A stretch of DNA of 64,000 nucleotides from an uncultured Butyrivibrio sp. (GCA_947168335.1 CAMVLM010000001.1:36997-100996), one strand, 5' to 3'; counted from the first letter of the stretch, positions 27,401-37,883 are shown. Made by a program: numbers and translations. Notes: generated by a model from the letters alone, not told the origin.

Positions 27401-28138
27401 TTATAGAGGACTCTTTTGTGGTGTTCCTGCTTTACGAGGATACTTTGAAGATGTTGGCTGAACTTTATCAATTATACAAATAGCTCTTTGTACATCAGTC
27501 CCGGGAAGCATAAATTCATTTATTGAATTTAGCTTTCCACCAAGTAAGAATATTGCACTTGATGCTTCATTAACTTCTTCTTTTGCTTTATCACCTTTAT
27601 ATGATAAAAACTTCCCACCTACTTTTATATATGGTAAACAATATTCACAGAGAGTTGAAAATCTTGCAACTGCTCTTGAAACAGCAACATCATATTTTTC
27701 TCTTAACTCACCTTTTTTAGAATCAGAAAAATCTTCAGCTCTTCCATGTACAGTTTTAATACTTCCCTGTTCATTTAGTGATAACTGATCAATTACTTCA
27801 TTTAAAAAATTTATTCTCTTATTCAAAGAATCAAGTAATGTTACATTTAGATTTGGAAATACTATCTTAAGAACAATACCTGGAAAACCTGCTCCGGTTC
27901 CAATATCAATTACAGACAGATCATCCTGTTTAAAATCAAAGAATTTAAATGATGAAACACTGTCAGTAAAATGTAACTTACATACTTCATCAAATTCAGT
28001 GATTGCAGTCAGATTCATTTTATTATTCCAATAAACTAATAAATCATAATATTTATCCAGCTGTATTAATTGCTTTTCAGTTAATGTAATTCCAAATGAA
28101 TTAAAATCATTTATAAGTGATTCAAAATTATGTGTCAC
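27401..28138 (-). CDS. rsmG: 16S rRNA m7G527 methyltransferase
   Basis: MNLTAI, DIGTGAGFPG, GRAED, SRAVA, YPRKAGTP. Confidence 0.96.
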   Translation of the reverse strand: MTHNFESLINDFNSFGITLTEKQLIQLDKYYDLLVYWNNKMNLTAITEFDEVCKLHFTDSVSSFKFFDFKQDDLSVIDIGTGAGFPGIVLKIVFPNLNVTLLDSLNKRINFLNEVIDQLSLNEQGSIKTVHGRAEDFSDSKKGELREKYDVAVSRAVARFSTLCEYCLPYIKVGGKFLSYKGDKAKEEVNEASSAIFLLGGKLNSINEFMLPGTDVQRAICIIDKVQPTSSKYPRKAGTPQKSPL

Positions 28139-28180
28139 TATTATCCTCCAAATAGATAAAGATAAAATTACAATATATAG

Positions 28181-28196
28181 TGTTTCACGTGAAACA
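28181..28196. promoter_or_regulatory. parS site
   Basis: TGTTTCACGTGAAACA. Confidence 0.93.
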
Positions 28197-28213
28197 TTAT
28201 CTACTAGTAGTAG

Positions 28214-30142
28214 TTATTCTTTATTCTGTCTGTTGTAGTTCTCAAGATATACTAACAATACTGAAATGTCTGCAGGATTAACTCCACTTATTCGTGATGC
28301 TTGTCCAACATTTTTAGGTTTGAACTTTTTAAGGTTTTGTCTTGCCTCAAGACGAAGACTTATAACATCATCATAGTTAATCTCAGAAGGAATTATTTTC
28401 TTTTCTGTCTTTCTGAATTTATCTACCTGTCTTTGCTGTCTTTCTATATATCCTTCATACTTGATATTAATCTCAACCTGTTCAATAACTTCTTTTGATA
28501 ATTCAGGTCTGTCCGGATCAAGATCTTTTAATGACTCATAATCAAGTTCAGGTCTGCATATTAATTCAGCTAATGAAACAGCAGTTTTAAGTCTTGGAGA
28601 ATTATGCTCATCCATAAATTTCTGAACTGTAGCATTTGCTCCCAACTTTATACTCTTTAATCTTTCAGTCTCATCTTCTATCTGTTTTTCTTTTAAAAGA
28701 AGTGCCTGATATTTTTCTTCTGATATAAGACCAACTTCATATCCTTTTTTTCTGAGTCTGATATCAGCATTATCCTGTCTAAGCAAAAGTCTGTACTCAG
28801 CTCTTGATGTCATCATTCTATATGGCTCAAGATTGTCCTTTGTAACAAGGTCATCAACAAGTACTCCAATATAACCTTCTGATCTGTCTATTGATAAGTA
28901 AGGTTTTCCAAGAATTTGCATGCACGCATTTATACTTGCGTAAAGTCCCTGGGCTGCAGCTTCTTCATAACCACTGCTTCCATTAAACTGACCTGCACTA
29001 AATAATCCTCTGATTTTTTTAATCTCGAGTGTAGGATAGAGTTGTCCTGAACATAAACAATCATATTCGATCGCATATGCGTTTTTTACTATTACACAAT
29101 TTTCAAGTCCTGGAACAGATCTGTACATCTGAACCTGAACATCTTCAGGCATAGAAGATGACATTCCATCTATGTACATTTCATTTGTATGTGTTCCTTC
29201 AGGTTCAACAAATACCTGATGTCTAATCTTATCAGGAAATTTAATTACCTTATCTTCTATAGAAGGACAATATCTTGGACCTATACCTTCAATAACACCT
29301 GCATAGATTGGAGATCTATCTATGTTATTTCGTATAATTTCATGTGTTTTTTCATTTGTATAAGTTAAGTAGCAATAATGCTGTTCTTTCTGAATTGAAT
29401 CAGGATCTGTATCAAATGAAAAAGGAATAACAGGAGTATCACCGGTCTGGATTTCCATTTTTGAATAATCAATAGAATTTCCATCCATTCTTGCAGGTGT
29501 ACCTGTTTTAAATCTTCTAAGTTCTACTCCACCTTTAATAAGTGAATCCGATAAAAGATTTGAAGGCTGTAATCCATTTGGTCCTGTATAAGAAATTGAT
29601 TCTCCGCAAAGACATCTTGATTTTAAATATGTACCGGTACAGAGAATAATTGTTTTACCTTCATAAATGAGACCGGTTACAGTCTTTACACCTTTTACTC
29701 TTCTTTCATATCCTTCTGTCAAAAGATCAGAATCTTTATTTTTATCTAATTCTTCAAATAGAATTTCAGATATTTCAGCCTGCTTTATAGTAAGGTTTTC
29801 CTGAGCCTGCATTATCATCTTCATTGATTTTGAATACTCTGCTTTATCAGCCTGAGCTCTAAGTGAATGAATAGCAGGTCCTTTTGACTTATTTAGCATT
29901 TTGGATTGAAGGTAGGTTTTGTCGATATTTTTACCCATCTCTCCACCAAGAGCATCAATTTCTCTTACGAGATGTCCCTTGGAAGATCCTCCAATATGAG
30001 GATTGCATGGCATGAAAGCAATATTATCAACACTTAAAGTAAACACAATTGTCTTAAGACCAAGTCTGGATGCAGCAAGTCCTGCTTCACAACCTGCATG
30101 TCCACCGCCTATAACTATTACATCAAAATTATCTACAACCAT
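28214..30142 (-). CDS. mnmG: tRNA uridine 5-carboxymethylaminomethyl modification enzyme
   Basis: GGGHAGCEA, PRYCPSIEDK, GYEEAAAQG, EPYRMMTSRAEYRL; GGAG RBS before ATG 30142. Confidence 0.97.
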   Translation of the reverse strand: MVVDNFDVIVIGGGHAGCEAGLAASRLGLKTIVFTLSVDNIAFMPCNPHIGGSSKGHLVREIDALGGEMGKNIDKTYLQSKMLNKSKGPAIHSLRAQADKAEYSKSMKMIMQAQENLTIKQAEISEILFEELDKNKDSDLLTEGYERRVKGVKTVTGLIYEGKTIILCTGTYLKSRCLCGESISYTGPNGLQPSNLLSDSLIKGGVELRRFKTGTPARMDGNSIDYSKMEIQTGDTPVIPFSFDTDPDSIQKEQHYCYLTYTNEKTHEIIRNNIDRSPIYAGVIEGIGPRYCPSIEDKVIKFPDKIRHQVFVEPEGTHTNEMYIDGMSSSMPEDVQVQMYRSVPGLENCVIVKNAYAIEYDCLCSGQLYPTLEIKKIRGLFSAGQFNGSSGYEEAAAQGLYASINACMQILGKPYLSIDRSEGYIGVLVDDLVTKDNLEPYRMMTSRAEYRLLLRQDNADIRLRKKGYEVGLISEEKYQALLLKEKQIEDETERLKSIKLGANATVQKFMDEHNSPRLKTAVSLAELICRPELDYESLKDLDPDRPELSKEVIEQVEINIKYEGYIERQQRQVDKFRKTEKKIIPSEINYDDVISLRLEARQNLKKFKPKNVGQASRISGVNPADISVLLVYLENYNRQNKE

Positions 30143-30154
30143 TAAAAACTCCAA

Positions 30155-31552
30155 TCACTTACCCATACAGAATTTAGAGAAAATCTCATCAACAAGATCT
30201 TCATCTACTTCCTGTCCGATTATTTCACCCAGATAAGAATATGCATTCATAAGATCAATTGAAAAGAAATCTTCAGACATATCATCCATTATGCTCATCT
30301 CAACTTTTTTAAGACTTTCGAAAGCATGTATTAGAGCTTCCTTCTGTCTTAAATTGGTAACATAGACTTCTTCTTTTGGAAGTATATCACCGTTAAAGAA
30401 CATATCCGATATTATTTTTTTCAAATCTTCAATACCGGCATCATCAACCATGGATGTTTTTATTACTTTTATATCTGAACCATATACTTTATAAATATCA
30501 TCTTCGGTTATGCTGATTTTATCGCTTATATCATTTTTATTTAAAAGAACTATCACATTATTATTTAAAATAATATTTTTTATTCTTTCATCATCTGAAA
30601 GTTTATCATCTGTCGAATCGATTATGTATAAAATCAGATCAGCTGTATCAGCAGACTTAACTGCCTTGTTCACACCAATCTGTTCTATTCTATCTTCTGT
30701 ATCTCTAATTCCGGCAGTATCAATAACATGTAGTATTATATTATCAAGCTTTATTGTTTCTTCAATTGTATCTCTTGTGGTTCCTTCAATATCAGTAACA
30801 ATTGCTCTTTCTTCACCTGCAAGTTTATTGAGCAGTGAAGATTTTCCTGCATTGGGCTTTCCAATAATAACAGTTTTTATTCCATCTTTTCTTATTATTC
30901 CTTCATCTGAATTTTTAATCATGCTGTCTATTTTAGAAATCCAGGAAGAATTCTTTTCAGAAAGTCTGTCACTATAACCTGTAAGGTCATAGTTTTCAGG
31001 ATCATCTATTGCAGATTCAATAAAAGCCATTTCATAAAGAACTTCTTTTCTTATGGAATCTATTTTCTTAAATAATTCACCACCAAGCTGTAATTCAGAA
31101 TTCTTCATTGAAAATTCATTTTGAGCATGAATTAAATCCATTACTGCTTCAGCTTTTGTAAGATCAATTCTTCCATTCAAAAAAGCTCTTTTTGTGAACT
31201 CTCCAGGTTCAGCTAATCTGCATCCTGTTTTTATAAGTAAATTGATGATGGTTTCCATAATTAAACGTCCACCATGAGAATTGATTTCAACAACATCTTC
31301 TTTTGTGTAGCTTCTCGGAGCTTTCATTATTGAAACCATTACTTCATCAATTTTATTTTCTTCTTCATCAACAATAAACCCATAGTTAATTGTATGGGTT
31401 CCAAAATTTTTCAGATTATGCTTTCCGGAAGGGGAAATAAATAATTTGTCCACATGATCAAGTGCATTATCACCACTTATTCTGATAATACCAATTCCCG
31501 CATCCATCATAGATGTTGCTATTGCACATATAGTGTCATCTTTGAAAATCAT
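30155..31552 (-). CDS. mnmE: tRNA modification GTPase
   Basis: DTICAIAT, GEFTKRAFLNG, GKPNAGKSS, GTTRD, DTAG, NKND, FCMGK. Confidence 0.97.
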   Translation of the reverse strand: MIFKDDTICAIATSMMDAGIGIIRISGDNALDHVDKLFISPSGKHNLKNFGTHTINYGFIVDEEENKIDEVMVSIMKAPRSYTKEDVVEINSHGGRLIMETIINLLIKTGCRLAEPGEFTKRAFLNGRIDLTKAEAVMDLIHAQNEFSMKNSELQLGGELFKKIDSIRKEVLYEMAFIESAIDDPENYDLTGYSDRLSEKNSSWISKIDSMIKNSDEGIIRKDGIKTVIIGKPNAGKSSLLNKLAGEERAIVTDIEGTTRDTIEETIKLDNIILHVIDTAGIRDTEDRIEQIGVNKAVKSADTADLILYIIDSTDDKLSDDERIKNIILNNNVIVLLNKNDISDKISITEDDIYKVYGSDIKVIKTSMVDDAGIEDLKKIISDMFFNGDILPKEEVYVTNLRQKEALIHAFESLKKVEMSIMDDMSEDFFSIDLMNAYSYLGEIIGQEVDEDLVDEIFSKFCMGK

Positions 31553-31576
31553 TTTAGTTTCCTCAAAATTATGAGT

Positions 31577-31619
31577 AAAAAGGGCTGTCATTGAAATTTC
31601 AGGAAATCAATGACAGCCC
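31577..31619 (-). terminator. Terminator between jag and mnmE
   Basis: GGGCTGTCATTGA...TCAATGACAGCCC 13-bp stem plus TTTTT. Confidence 0.8.
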
Positions 31620-31626
31620 ATAAGAA

Positions 31627-32436
31627 TTACTTTTTAAGTGTTACAACTACTCTACGGAAGGGCTCTTCTCCTTCACTATGTGTTGTTACATATTTATCTG
31701 ACTGAAGTGCTGAGTGAATAATTCTTCTCTCATAAGGATTCATAGGTTCAAGCGAAACAGCCTGTCTGTTCTTACGAACCTTATAAGCAATATTCTTTGC
31801 AAGGTTTTCGAGAGTTGCCTTTCTGCGGCTTCTGTAATTTTCAGTATCAACTTTTACATGAATGTAATCTTCACTTCCTCTGTTTACTACCAGTGAAATA
31901 AGATACTGAAGTGAATCAAGAGTCTGTCCTCTCTTACCAATAAGAACACCCATCTCATCACCTGAAAGTTCAACTTCAAGAACTTTATCGGTCTCATTGT
32001 ATTTTGCATCAATGTTTACTTTCATGTTCATAGCAGAGAAAATATTTGTTGAAAATTCTTTTGCTCTGTTTATAAACTCATGATCATAAACGTAAGATAC
32101 TTCTTTAACTTCTTGTACAGGAGCATCTTCTACATTCTTAACACTCTCTGTCTTTTTTACAGATTCAGCTTTAACGCTTTTAGCCTGCTGCTGAGCTTTG
32201 ATTTTTTCATCAATCTGCTCTTCCAAAGAAATTGTTTTTTCTTCAACAACTGTTTCTTTTTCTTCAGATTTAATTCTTGCTCTTATAATAGCAGGTTTAA
32301 CTTTAAGTCCAAGAAAACCGGTTGAACCTTCTGAAATAACTTCATAATCAAGACGGTCACTTGTAACTGTGAACTGTGCACAAGCTTCTGTAATGCAATC
32401 ATCGACAGTCTTAGCTGTAATTTCGATGTAATCCAT
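31627..32436 (-). CDS. jag: RNA-binding protein Jag/KhpB/EloR (Jag-N, KH, R3H)
   Basis: LIGKRGQTLDSLQ KH motif; ERRIIH R3H; SEGEEPFRRV. Confidence 0.93.
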   Translation of the reverse strand: MDYIEITAKTVDDCITEACAQFTVTSDRLDYEVISEGSTGFLGLKVKPAIIRARIKSEEKETVVEEKTISLEEQIDEKIKAQQQAKSVKAESVKKTESVKNVEDAPVQEVKEVSYVYDHEFINRAKEFSTNIFSAMNMKVNIDAKYNETDKVLEVELSGDEMGVLIGKRGQTLDSLQYLISLVVNRGSEDYIHVKVDTENYRSRRKATLENLAKNIAYKVRKNRQAVSLEPMNPYERRIIHSALQSDKYVTTHSEGEEPFRRVVVTLKK

Positions 32437-32438
32437 TA

Positions 32439-33746
32439 TTAGTTTTCCCCCTGTTTATTATTTTTATTATCAAACTCTTTAACCATATTAGCTCTGGCAA
32501 GAAGACTCTTCTTATTTATGTTTCCTTTTGAATAAATATCATTTGCCTTCTTAATTCCGGCATCTTTCTCAGCCTGAGTAAGAGTTGAGCCAATTGAAGA
32601 AGTAGTTCTTGTATTCATATTGGCATACTTATTCATCTGAGGCGTTGCCTTCATTGCTTCAAGCTTTTTCTTATACTTTTCAGTATTCTTCTCAATTTCA
32701 GCATCAATATCAATTGTATCAATGTGCTTGTTGATTATGATCTGCATTATTGTTCTGAAAACAGCACCTGCAATCCAGTAAAGACCAAGACCTGCAGGAA
32801 GTGTAAATGTGAAGAACAAAGACATCAGAGGCATCATCATGTTCATAGTCTTCATTGAATTAGCCATCTGAGCTGCCTGATCATTAGGGTCATTGGATGT
32901 ATTTGCTGCCTGAGGCATAAGCTTGATGCTGATCCACTGTGTAAGTGCTGAAAGAACCGGTATGGAAATAGCACCAATAAGTAATCCAAAATGTTTTGTT
33001 GCAAATGCTGTCTTCAACATATATGAAGGAGCATCACCAATATTAAGACCAAGGAAGCTGTTATACTCATTCAAAAGATTGTGAGTATTTGCAATTGAAT
33101 CTCCAAGACTTGAAAACTTCTCAGAAAGTGCATTCCAGTCAGCTGTTGAAGCCTTATTAAGAACATCTATGAAAGTATTCTCTATATAAGTTGTATCACC
33201 AGAAGTGAATGCTTCATTTGTAAACTGTTTACTGTACTGAGATGCGCTTGATAAAGTCTGAAGAAAATCGCTTGCTCCAGCCGTCTCACGAAGATTTGAA
33301 ACAAGAGGATAAAAAGCATTTCTAACCTGTGTAACATAAGCAGGCATTGAATAAATTACTCTGTAAAGAGCAATCATTACAGGAAACTGAATTAAAAGCT
33401 GAACACAGCTACCTGTCTGAGAAACTCCATACTTGGCATAAAGGGCTTTGATTTCTTCCTGCTGAGCAAGCATTGAATCATTATCCTTTTTGCCTTTATA
33501 CTTTGCCTGAATTGCCTGAAGCTCAGGACTCATTTTTGCCTGAAGCTTGGAAAACTTCTGCTGCTTATAAGTAAGTGGCAGCATCAGAATGTACATAATA
33601 AGAGTAAATAAAATAATAGCAATACCAGTACTGGGATTACCTATTGTATTGAGAAATACGAAGATCCAGTTCATGATATGACCAAGAAGCCATGCGATAG
33701 GACCAACAATTTTTCCCTGATATTGTGTTAATGCAACTAAATTCAA
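32439..33746 (-). CDS. yidC: Membrane protein insertase YidC/Oxa1
   Basis: IAIILFT, PELQAIQAKYK, LLIQFPV, LPAGLGLYW; synteny. Confidence 0.92.
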   Translation of the reverse strand: MNLVALTQYQGKIVGPIAWLLGHIMNWIFVFLNTIGNPSTGIAIILFTLIMYILMLPLTYKQQKFSKLQAKMSPELQAIQAKYKGKKDNDSMLAQQEEIKALYAKYGVSQTGSCVQLLIQFPVMIALYRVIYSMPAYVTQVRNAFYPLVSNLRETAGASDFLQTLSSASQYSKQFTNEAFTSGDTTYIENTFIDVLNKASTADWNALSEKFSSLGDSIANTHNLLNEYNSFLGLNIGDAPSYMLKTAFATKHFGLLIGAISIPVLSALTQWISIKLMPQAANTSNDPNDQAAQMANSMKTMNMMMPLMSLFFTFTLPAGLGLYWIAGAVFRTIMQIIINKHIDTIDIDAEIEKNTEKYKKKLEAMKATPQMNKYANMNTRTTSSIGSTLTQAEKDAGIKKANDIYSKGNINKKSLLARANMVKEFDNKNNKQGEN

Positions 33747-33763
33747 AACCTAATCCTCCGATT

Positions 33764-33973
33764 TTACGGAACAGGATCATAACCCCCGCTTGAAAAAGGA
33801 TTGCATCTAAGTATTCGCCAAATGGCAAGTAGACTTCCTTTAAAAGCTCCGTATTTTTCTATTGCTTCCAGTCCGTATTGTGAACAAGTCGGTATATACG
33901 GACATTTTGTTCTCTTCATAGGAGAAATATACTTTTGATAAAACCTAATCAGATATATCAGTATTTTCTTCAT
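33764..33973 (-). CDS. yidD: Membrane protein insertion efficiency factor
   Basis: [32 protein letters not shown]. Confidence 0.95.
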   Translation of the reverse strand: MKKILIYLIRFYQKYISPMKRTKCPYIPTCSQYGLEAIEKYGAFKGSLLAIWRILRCNPFSSGGYDPVP

Positions 33974-34322
33974 CTGTCACCTCATCATTTTTCCTTAGAT
34001 GAGACTTACCGGCCAGATATAAGAATGACTTCTCAATATCAAAATATCCTGCATCCTTAGCACGGATTCTGGCCACGACTACTATATCTAAACCACTATT
34101 AAATATATCTTCATGTAGTCGGTAAACTTCTCGAACAAGTCTTGCAAACCTGTGCCTTACAACACTGTTCCCTACTTTTTTACTAACTGAGATTCCAAGT
34201 CTGTTTATCTTTAATCCATTTTCTCTGACATAAACAACAATGTACTTGTCTGCAACACTAGCACCAGTCTTATAAACTTTCTGGAAATCAGTTGTCTTTT
34301 TTAACGATTCTGTATGATTCAT
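33945..34322 (-). CDS. rnpA: Ribonuclease P protein component
   Basis: [18 protein letters not shown]; synteny. Confidence 0.95.
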   Translation of the reverse strand: MNHTESLKKTTDFQKVYKTGASVADKYIVVYVRENGLKINRLGISVSKKVGNSVVRHRFARLVREVYRLHEDIFNSGLDIVVVARIRAKDAGYFDIEKSFLYLAGKSHLRKNDEVTDEENTDISD

Positions 34323-34373
34323 TACAATTCACTAATAAAGAAATACGCGAATATGCATTCAGCACATTCGCGC

Positions 34374-34396
34374 AAAAGACCACAAGGCATGTGGCC
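34374..34396 (-). terminator. Hairpin/terminator after rpmH
   Basis: GGCCACA-TGCCT-TGTGGTC-TTTT on the minus strand. Confidence 0.6.
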
Positions 34397-34399
34397 CTA

Positions 34400-34534
34400 T
34401 TATGCAGATATTCTCTTTCTACCCTTAAGTCTTCTTGCAGCAAGTACTTTTCTGCCTCCGTTGCTGCTCATTCTTGCTCTAAAGCCGTGAACACGAGCTC
34501 TCTGAAGCTTATGCGGCTGATAAGTTCTCTTCAT
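34400..34534 (-). CDS. rpmH: 50S ribosomal protein L34 (absent from ORF track, <60 aa)
   Basis: Translated by hand: [54 protein letters not shown]. Confidence 0.97.
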   Translation of the reverse strand: MKRTYQPHKLQRARVHGFRARMSSNGGRKVLAARRLKGRKRISA

Positions 34535-34621
34535 AGTCGAAATACACCTCCTTCTCAATAATGTATGCTAAGTTCGGTAAAAACCTCACTAAGTGTTTGC
34601 ATATCAGAAAAAATCGACCTT

Positions 34622-34650
34622 ATTATAAGATAAATAGGTATTTGAGTCAA
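34622..34650 (-). promoter_or_regulatory. SigA promoter of the rpmH operon
   Basis: TTGACT-N17-TATAAT. Confidence 0.75.
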
Positions 34651-34659
34651 GTTTAAAAA

Positions 34660-34975
34660 TAATTGTGGATAACTTTAAAAAAAATTTGATTTTTTTGATA
34701 TCAACATATGGTACGAAAAAAAGTTATCCACACCAAAATGTTGATTTTGTGGATAAGTTGTTATTATCTGTAAATTCAAAAACTTTATCCACATTTTGTG
34801 GATAGATTGTGGAAAACATGTTTGCGATATGTTGATTTGAATTTTTAAACCCCAGTGTTTATGCGGATTATAGACTGTGTATCTTGAATATATACTTTTC
34901 CACTTTTCCACTTCATCGCAAATTCGATTTGTCTGAAAATAATTTTTTTAAAAAAGTTATCCACAATCCACAGTC
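34660..34975. other. oriC, upstream DnaA-box cluster
   Basis: Perfect TTATCCACA/TGTGGATAA at 34664, 34724, 34748, 34785, 34957; near matches at 34797, 34808 and about 34896-34912. Confidence 0.92.
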
Positions 34976-34977
34976 GT

Positions 34978-35006
34978 TTGAAATTAATATCCCCATAGGA
35001 TAAAAT
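34978..35006 (+). promoter_or_regulatory. SigA promoter of dnaA
   Basis: TTGAAA-N17-TAAAAT just downstream of a DnaA box. Confidence 0.7.
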
Positions 35007-35036
35007 AAATTTCTAAATTCATATTGGGAGATTTGT

Positions 35037-36428
35037 ATGGAAAAAGACACAGAACTAACTAATAAACTCAAAGAAAACTGGGATGTAATCAAGGATGAAG
35101 TCCGCAAGGATCTGGATATGACAACTATATCCTTTGATACATGGGTAAAACCCCTTTCAATATATAAGTATGAAAACGATACTGTTACTATTCTTATTCC
35201 TTTTGATGACAGTAACGCACTCAACTATATTGAAAAGAAATATCTTATGTTCTTCACAGTAAGAATATCTGAGTTTATTAACAGAAGTATCAATGTAAAA
35301 TTTCTGTTAGAAAAAGATGTCACTATTAATAAGGAAGAAACACATTCAAAAAACTCTGAGGAACCTGAAAATGGCGGCAATAATTATGAGTTTTCAAATC
35401 TTAACCCTAAGTACAGATTTGATACTTACGTTGTAGGTGGTAATAACCGTTTTGCACACAACGCTTCTCTTGCTGTTGCAGAATCACCAGGTGAAGCCTA
35501 TAACCCTCTCTTTTTATATGGAGGACCGGGACTTGGAAAAACTCACCTTATGCATGCCATTGGTCATTTCATTATTGAAAACAATCCGGGATCCAAGGTT
35601 TTATATGTAACATCAGAGCAGTTTACTAACGAAGTTATTGAATCAATCCGTAGTGGTAAAGCTGAAACAATGAGCAGACTTCGTGATAAATACAGAACAG
35701 TCGATGTTTTGATGGTAGATGATGTCCAGTTTATTATAGGTAAGGAAAGTACTCAGGAAGAATTCTTCCACACTTTCAATGTACTTCATCAGTCCGGTAA
35801 GCAGATCATTCTTTCATCTGATAAACCTCCGAAGGAAATGGAAACACTTGAAGAGAGATTCCGTTCAAGATTCGAGATGGGACTTATCTCTGATATCCAG
35901 GCTCCTGACTATGAAACAAGAATGGCCATCCTTAAAAAGAATTCTGAAAGCAACATTCAGCATATCAACGATGAAGTTTTCGAATATATTGCTACTAATA
36001 TTAAATCAAACATCAGAGAGCTTGAAGGTGCTTATAATAAACTGATTGCTTTCTCAAGACTTAACAAGCTTGAAGATATTACTATGGAAGATGCAAAGGA
36101 AGCTCTTAAAGATCTTGTTACACCTGATGAGTCAAAGGTAATTACAATTCCTCTTATCATCAGCACTGTATGTGAGCAGTATGGAATCAAGCAGGAAGAT
36201 ATAGCTTCCAAAAAGAGAAATAAGGAAATCGTACTTCCCAGACAGATAATAATGTATCTTGCAAGAGAATATACTGACGCTCCTCTTGAAGAGATAGGTA
36301 AAGCTCTTGGCAAAAAGGATCATACTACTGTTATAAGTGGAGTAAATAAAATTAAAGATCTTCTTAACGGTGATAATGATGTTTCAAGAACTGTGGATAT
36401 TATTAATAAGAAGTTAAACCCTTCATAA
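35037..36428 (+). CDS. dnaA: Chromosomal replication initiator DnaA
   Basis: YNPLFLYGGPGLGKTHL, VDDVQF, QEEFFHTFN, NIRELEGA, KDHTTV. Confidence 0.98.
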   Translation: MEKDTELTNKLKENWDVIKDEVRKDLDMTTISFDTWVKPLSIYKYENDTVTILIPFDDSNALNYIEKKYLMFFTVRISEFINRSINVKFLLEKDVTINKEETHSKNSEEPENGGNNYEFSNLNPKYRFDTYVVGGNNRFAHNASLAVAESPGEAYNPLFLYGGPGLGKTHLMHAIGHFIIENNPGSKVLYVTSEQFTNEVIESIRSGKAETMSRLRDKYRTVDVLMVDDVQFIIGKESTQEEFFHTFNVLHQSGKQIILSSDKPPKEMETLEERFRSRFEMGLISDIQAPDYETRMAILKKNSESNIQHINDEVFEYIATNIKSNIRELEGAYNKLIAFSRLNKLEDITMEDAKEALKDLVTPDESKVITIPLIISTVCEQYGIKQEDIASKKRNKEIVLPRQIIMYLAREYTDAPLEEIGKALGKKDHTTVISGVNKIKDLLNGDNDVSRTVDIINKKLNPS

Positions 36429-36443
36429 TCAGTTTTGATTAGC

Positions 36444-36481
36444 AAAACAGGCTAAAACAAGCGATTTTAGCCTGTTTTTTT
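36444..36481 (+). terminator. Terminator after dnaA
   Basis: AAAACAGGCTAAAA...TTTTAGCCTGTTTTTT. Confidence 0.8.
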
Positions 36482-36489
36482 TATTAGAA

Positions 36490-36745
36490 TTAAGGTGTGG
36501 ATAAATTTGTTTATAATTAGTTTATAATTTGTTTATAAATTTAAATTGACGTGGAAAACTTTTTTATAGGTCTAAATCGCAAAATTTGGCTTGTGGCTAA
36601 GTTTAAAATTTACAACATTAAATTTTTATTTATCAACTATTAAAAATTTGTAAAAAAGGCAGATAAATTGTATAATGGATAAGGATTTCCACATATCAAC
36701 ACCTATTACTATTTATATTATTAAATATTAATTAATTATATATAC
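36490..36745. other. oriC, downstream part with DnaA boxes, DnaA-trios and AT-rich unwinding element
   Basis: TGTGGATAA at 36496; tandem degenerate boxes 36685-36701 followed by CTATTACTATTT trio-like run and an AT tract; TTGTAA-N17-TATAAT dnaN promoter 36648-36676. Confidence 0.85.
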
Positions 36746-36773
36746 ATACGCGGTCGAAGGGAGTTTCTTAGGA

Positions 36774-37883
36774 ATGAAATTTGTTTGTTCGAAATCAAAC
36801 TTAATTACAGGACTTCAGATTGTATCAAAAGCTGTCCCGAACAAAACAACAATGTCCATATTGGAGTGCATTCTTATTGATGCTACTGAAGGTATCATTA
36901 AGTTTATTGCCAATGATATGGAACTTGGAATACAGACAGAAGTCGATGGTAATATTTTAGAGAGAGGTTATATCGCTATTGATGCCAAGATTTTCTTTGA
37001 CATTATCAGAAAGCTTCCCGATAGTGATGTAATAATCGAATCTGATCAGAGCGGTAAGGTAACCATCAGCTGTGAGAAAGCTAAATTCAGTATTGTAGGA
37101 AGAAACGCAGATGATTTTACTTATCTTCCCAGTATTGAAAAAATTGATGGAATATCCGTTTCACAGTATACACTTAAGAATGTTATTCAGCAGACAATTT
37201 TCTCAATTTCTGAGAATGATGCTAATAAGATGATGGGTGGAGAGCTTTTTGAAATAAATCAGGATACACTTAAGCTTGTATCTCTTGACGGACATCGTAT
37301 TTCTATCCGTAAGGTTAAGCTTCAGAATTCCTACGACTCAAGAAAAGTTGTAGTACCCGGTAAGACTTTGTCTGATATCAGTAAGATTATCAGCGACAGC
37401 ACAGACAGTAATGTAGATATTTTCTTTACTGATAAACATATTCTTTTTGAGTTTGATAAGACAATAGTAGTTTCGAGACTTCTTGAGGGCGAGTATTTCA
37501 ATATTGACCAGATGCTTTCAAGTGATTATGAGACAAAGATGACCATTTCCAGAAAGGAAATGCTTGATTGTATAGACAGAGCTACTCTTCTTGTAAAAGA
37601 GGGAGATAAAAAGCCTGTTATCATTTCCATAAATGACGAGAAGATGGAACTTAAGATTAATTCCACTATCGGAAGTATGGACGAAGAGATTGAAATTGAA
37701 AAACAGGGTAAGGACATAATTATCGGATTTAATCCCAAGTTCCTTATTGATGCACTTAGAGCGATTGAGGATGAAAACATTGATATTTATATGGTTAATC
37801 CCAAAGCTCCATGCTTTATAAGAGATAAGGATTCAACATATATTTATCTTGTTCTTCCTATCAACTTTACAACAGTGAATTAA
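36774..37883 (+). CDS. dnaN: DNA polymerase III beta sliding clamp
   Basis: SLDGHRI, SRLLEGEY, IGFNPKFLIDAL, YLVLP; synteny. Confidence 0.97.
   Translation: MKFVCSKSNLITGLQIVSKAVPNKTTMSILECILIDATEGIIKFIANDMELGIQTEVDGNILERGYIAIDAKIFFDIIRKLPDSDVIIESDQSGKVTISCEKAKFSIVGRNADDFTYLPSIEKIDGISVSQYTLKNVIQQTIFSISENDANKMMGGELFEINQDTLKLVSLDGHRISIRKVKLQNSYDSRKVVVPGKTLSDISKIISDSTDSNVDIFFTDKHILFEFDKTIVVSRLLEGEYFNIDQMLSSDYETKMTISRKEMLDCIDRATLLVKEGDKKPVIISINDEKMELKINSTIGSMDEEIEIEKQGKDIIIGFNPKFLIDALRAIEDENIDIYMVNPKAPCFIRDKDSTYIYLVLPINFTTVN

Noticed and set aside
26366..28196. Repeated 16-bp palindromes as CRISPR or IS ends
   Set aside because: Match the parS consensus, irregular spacing, no cas or transposase genes
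34292..35224. ORFs of 78-103 aa across rpmH/oriC
   Set aside because: Overlap rpmH, DnaA boxes or dnaA antisense; no RBS or recognisable motifs
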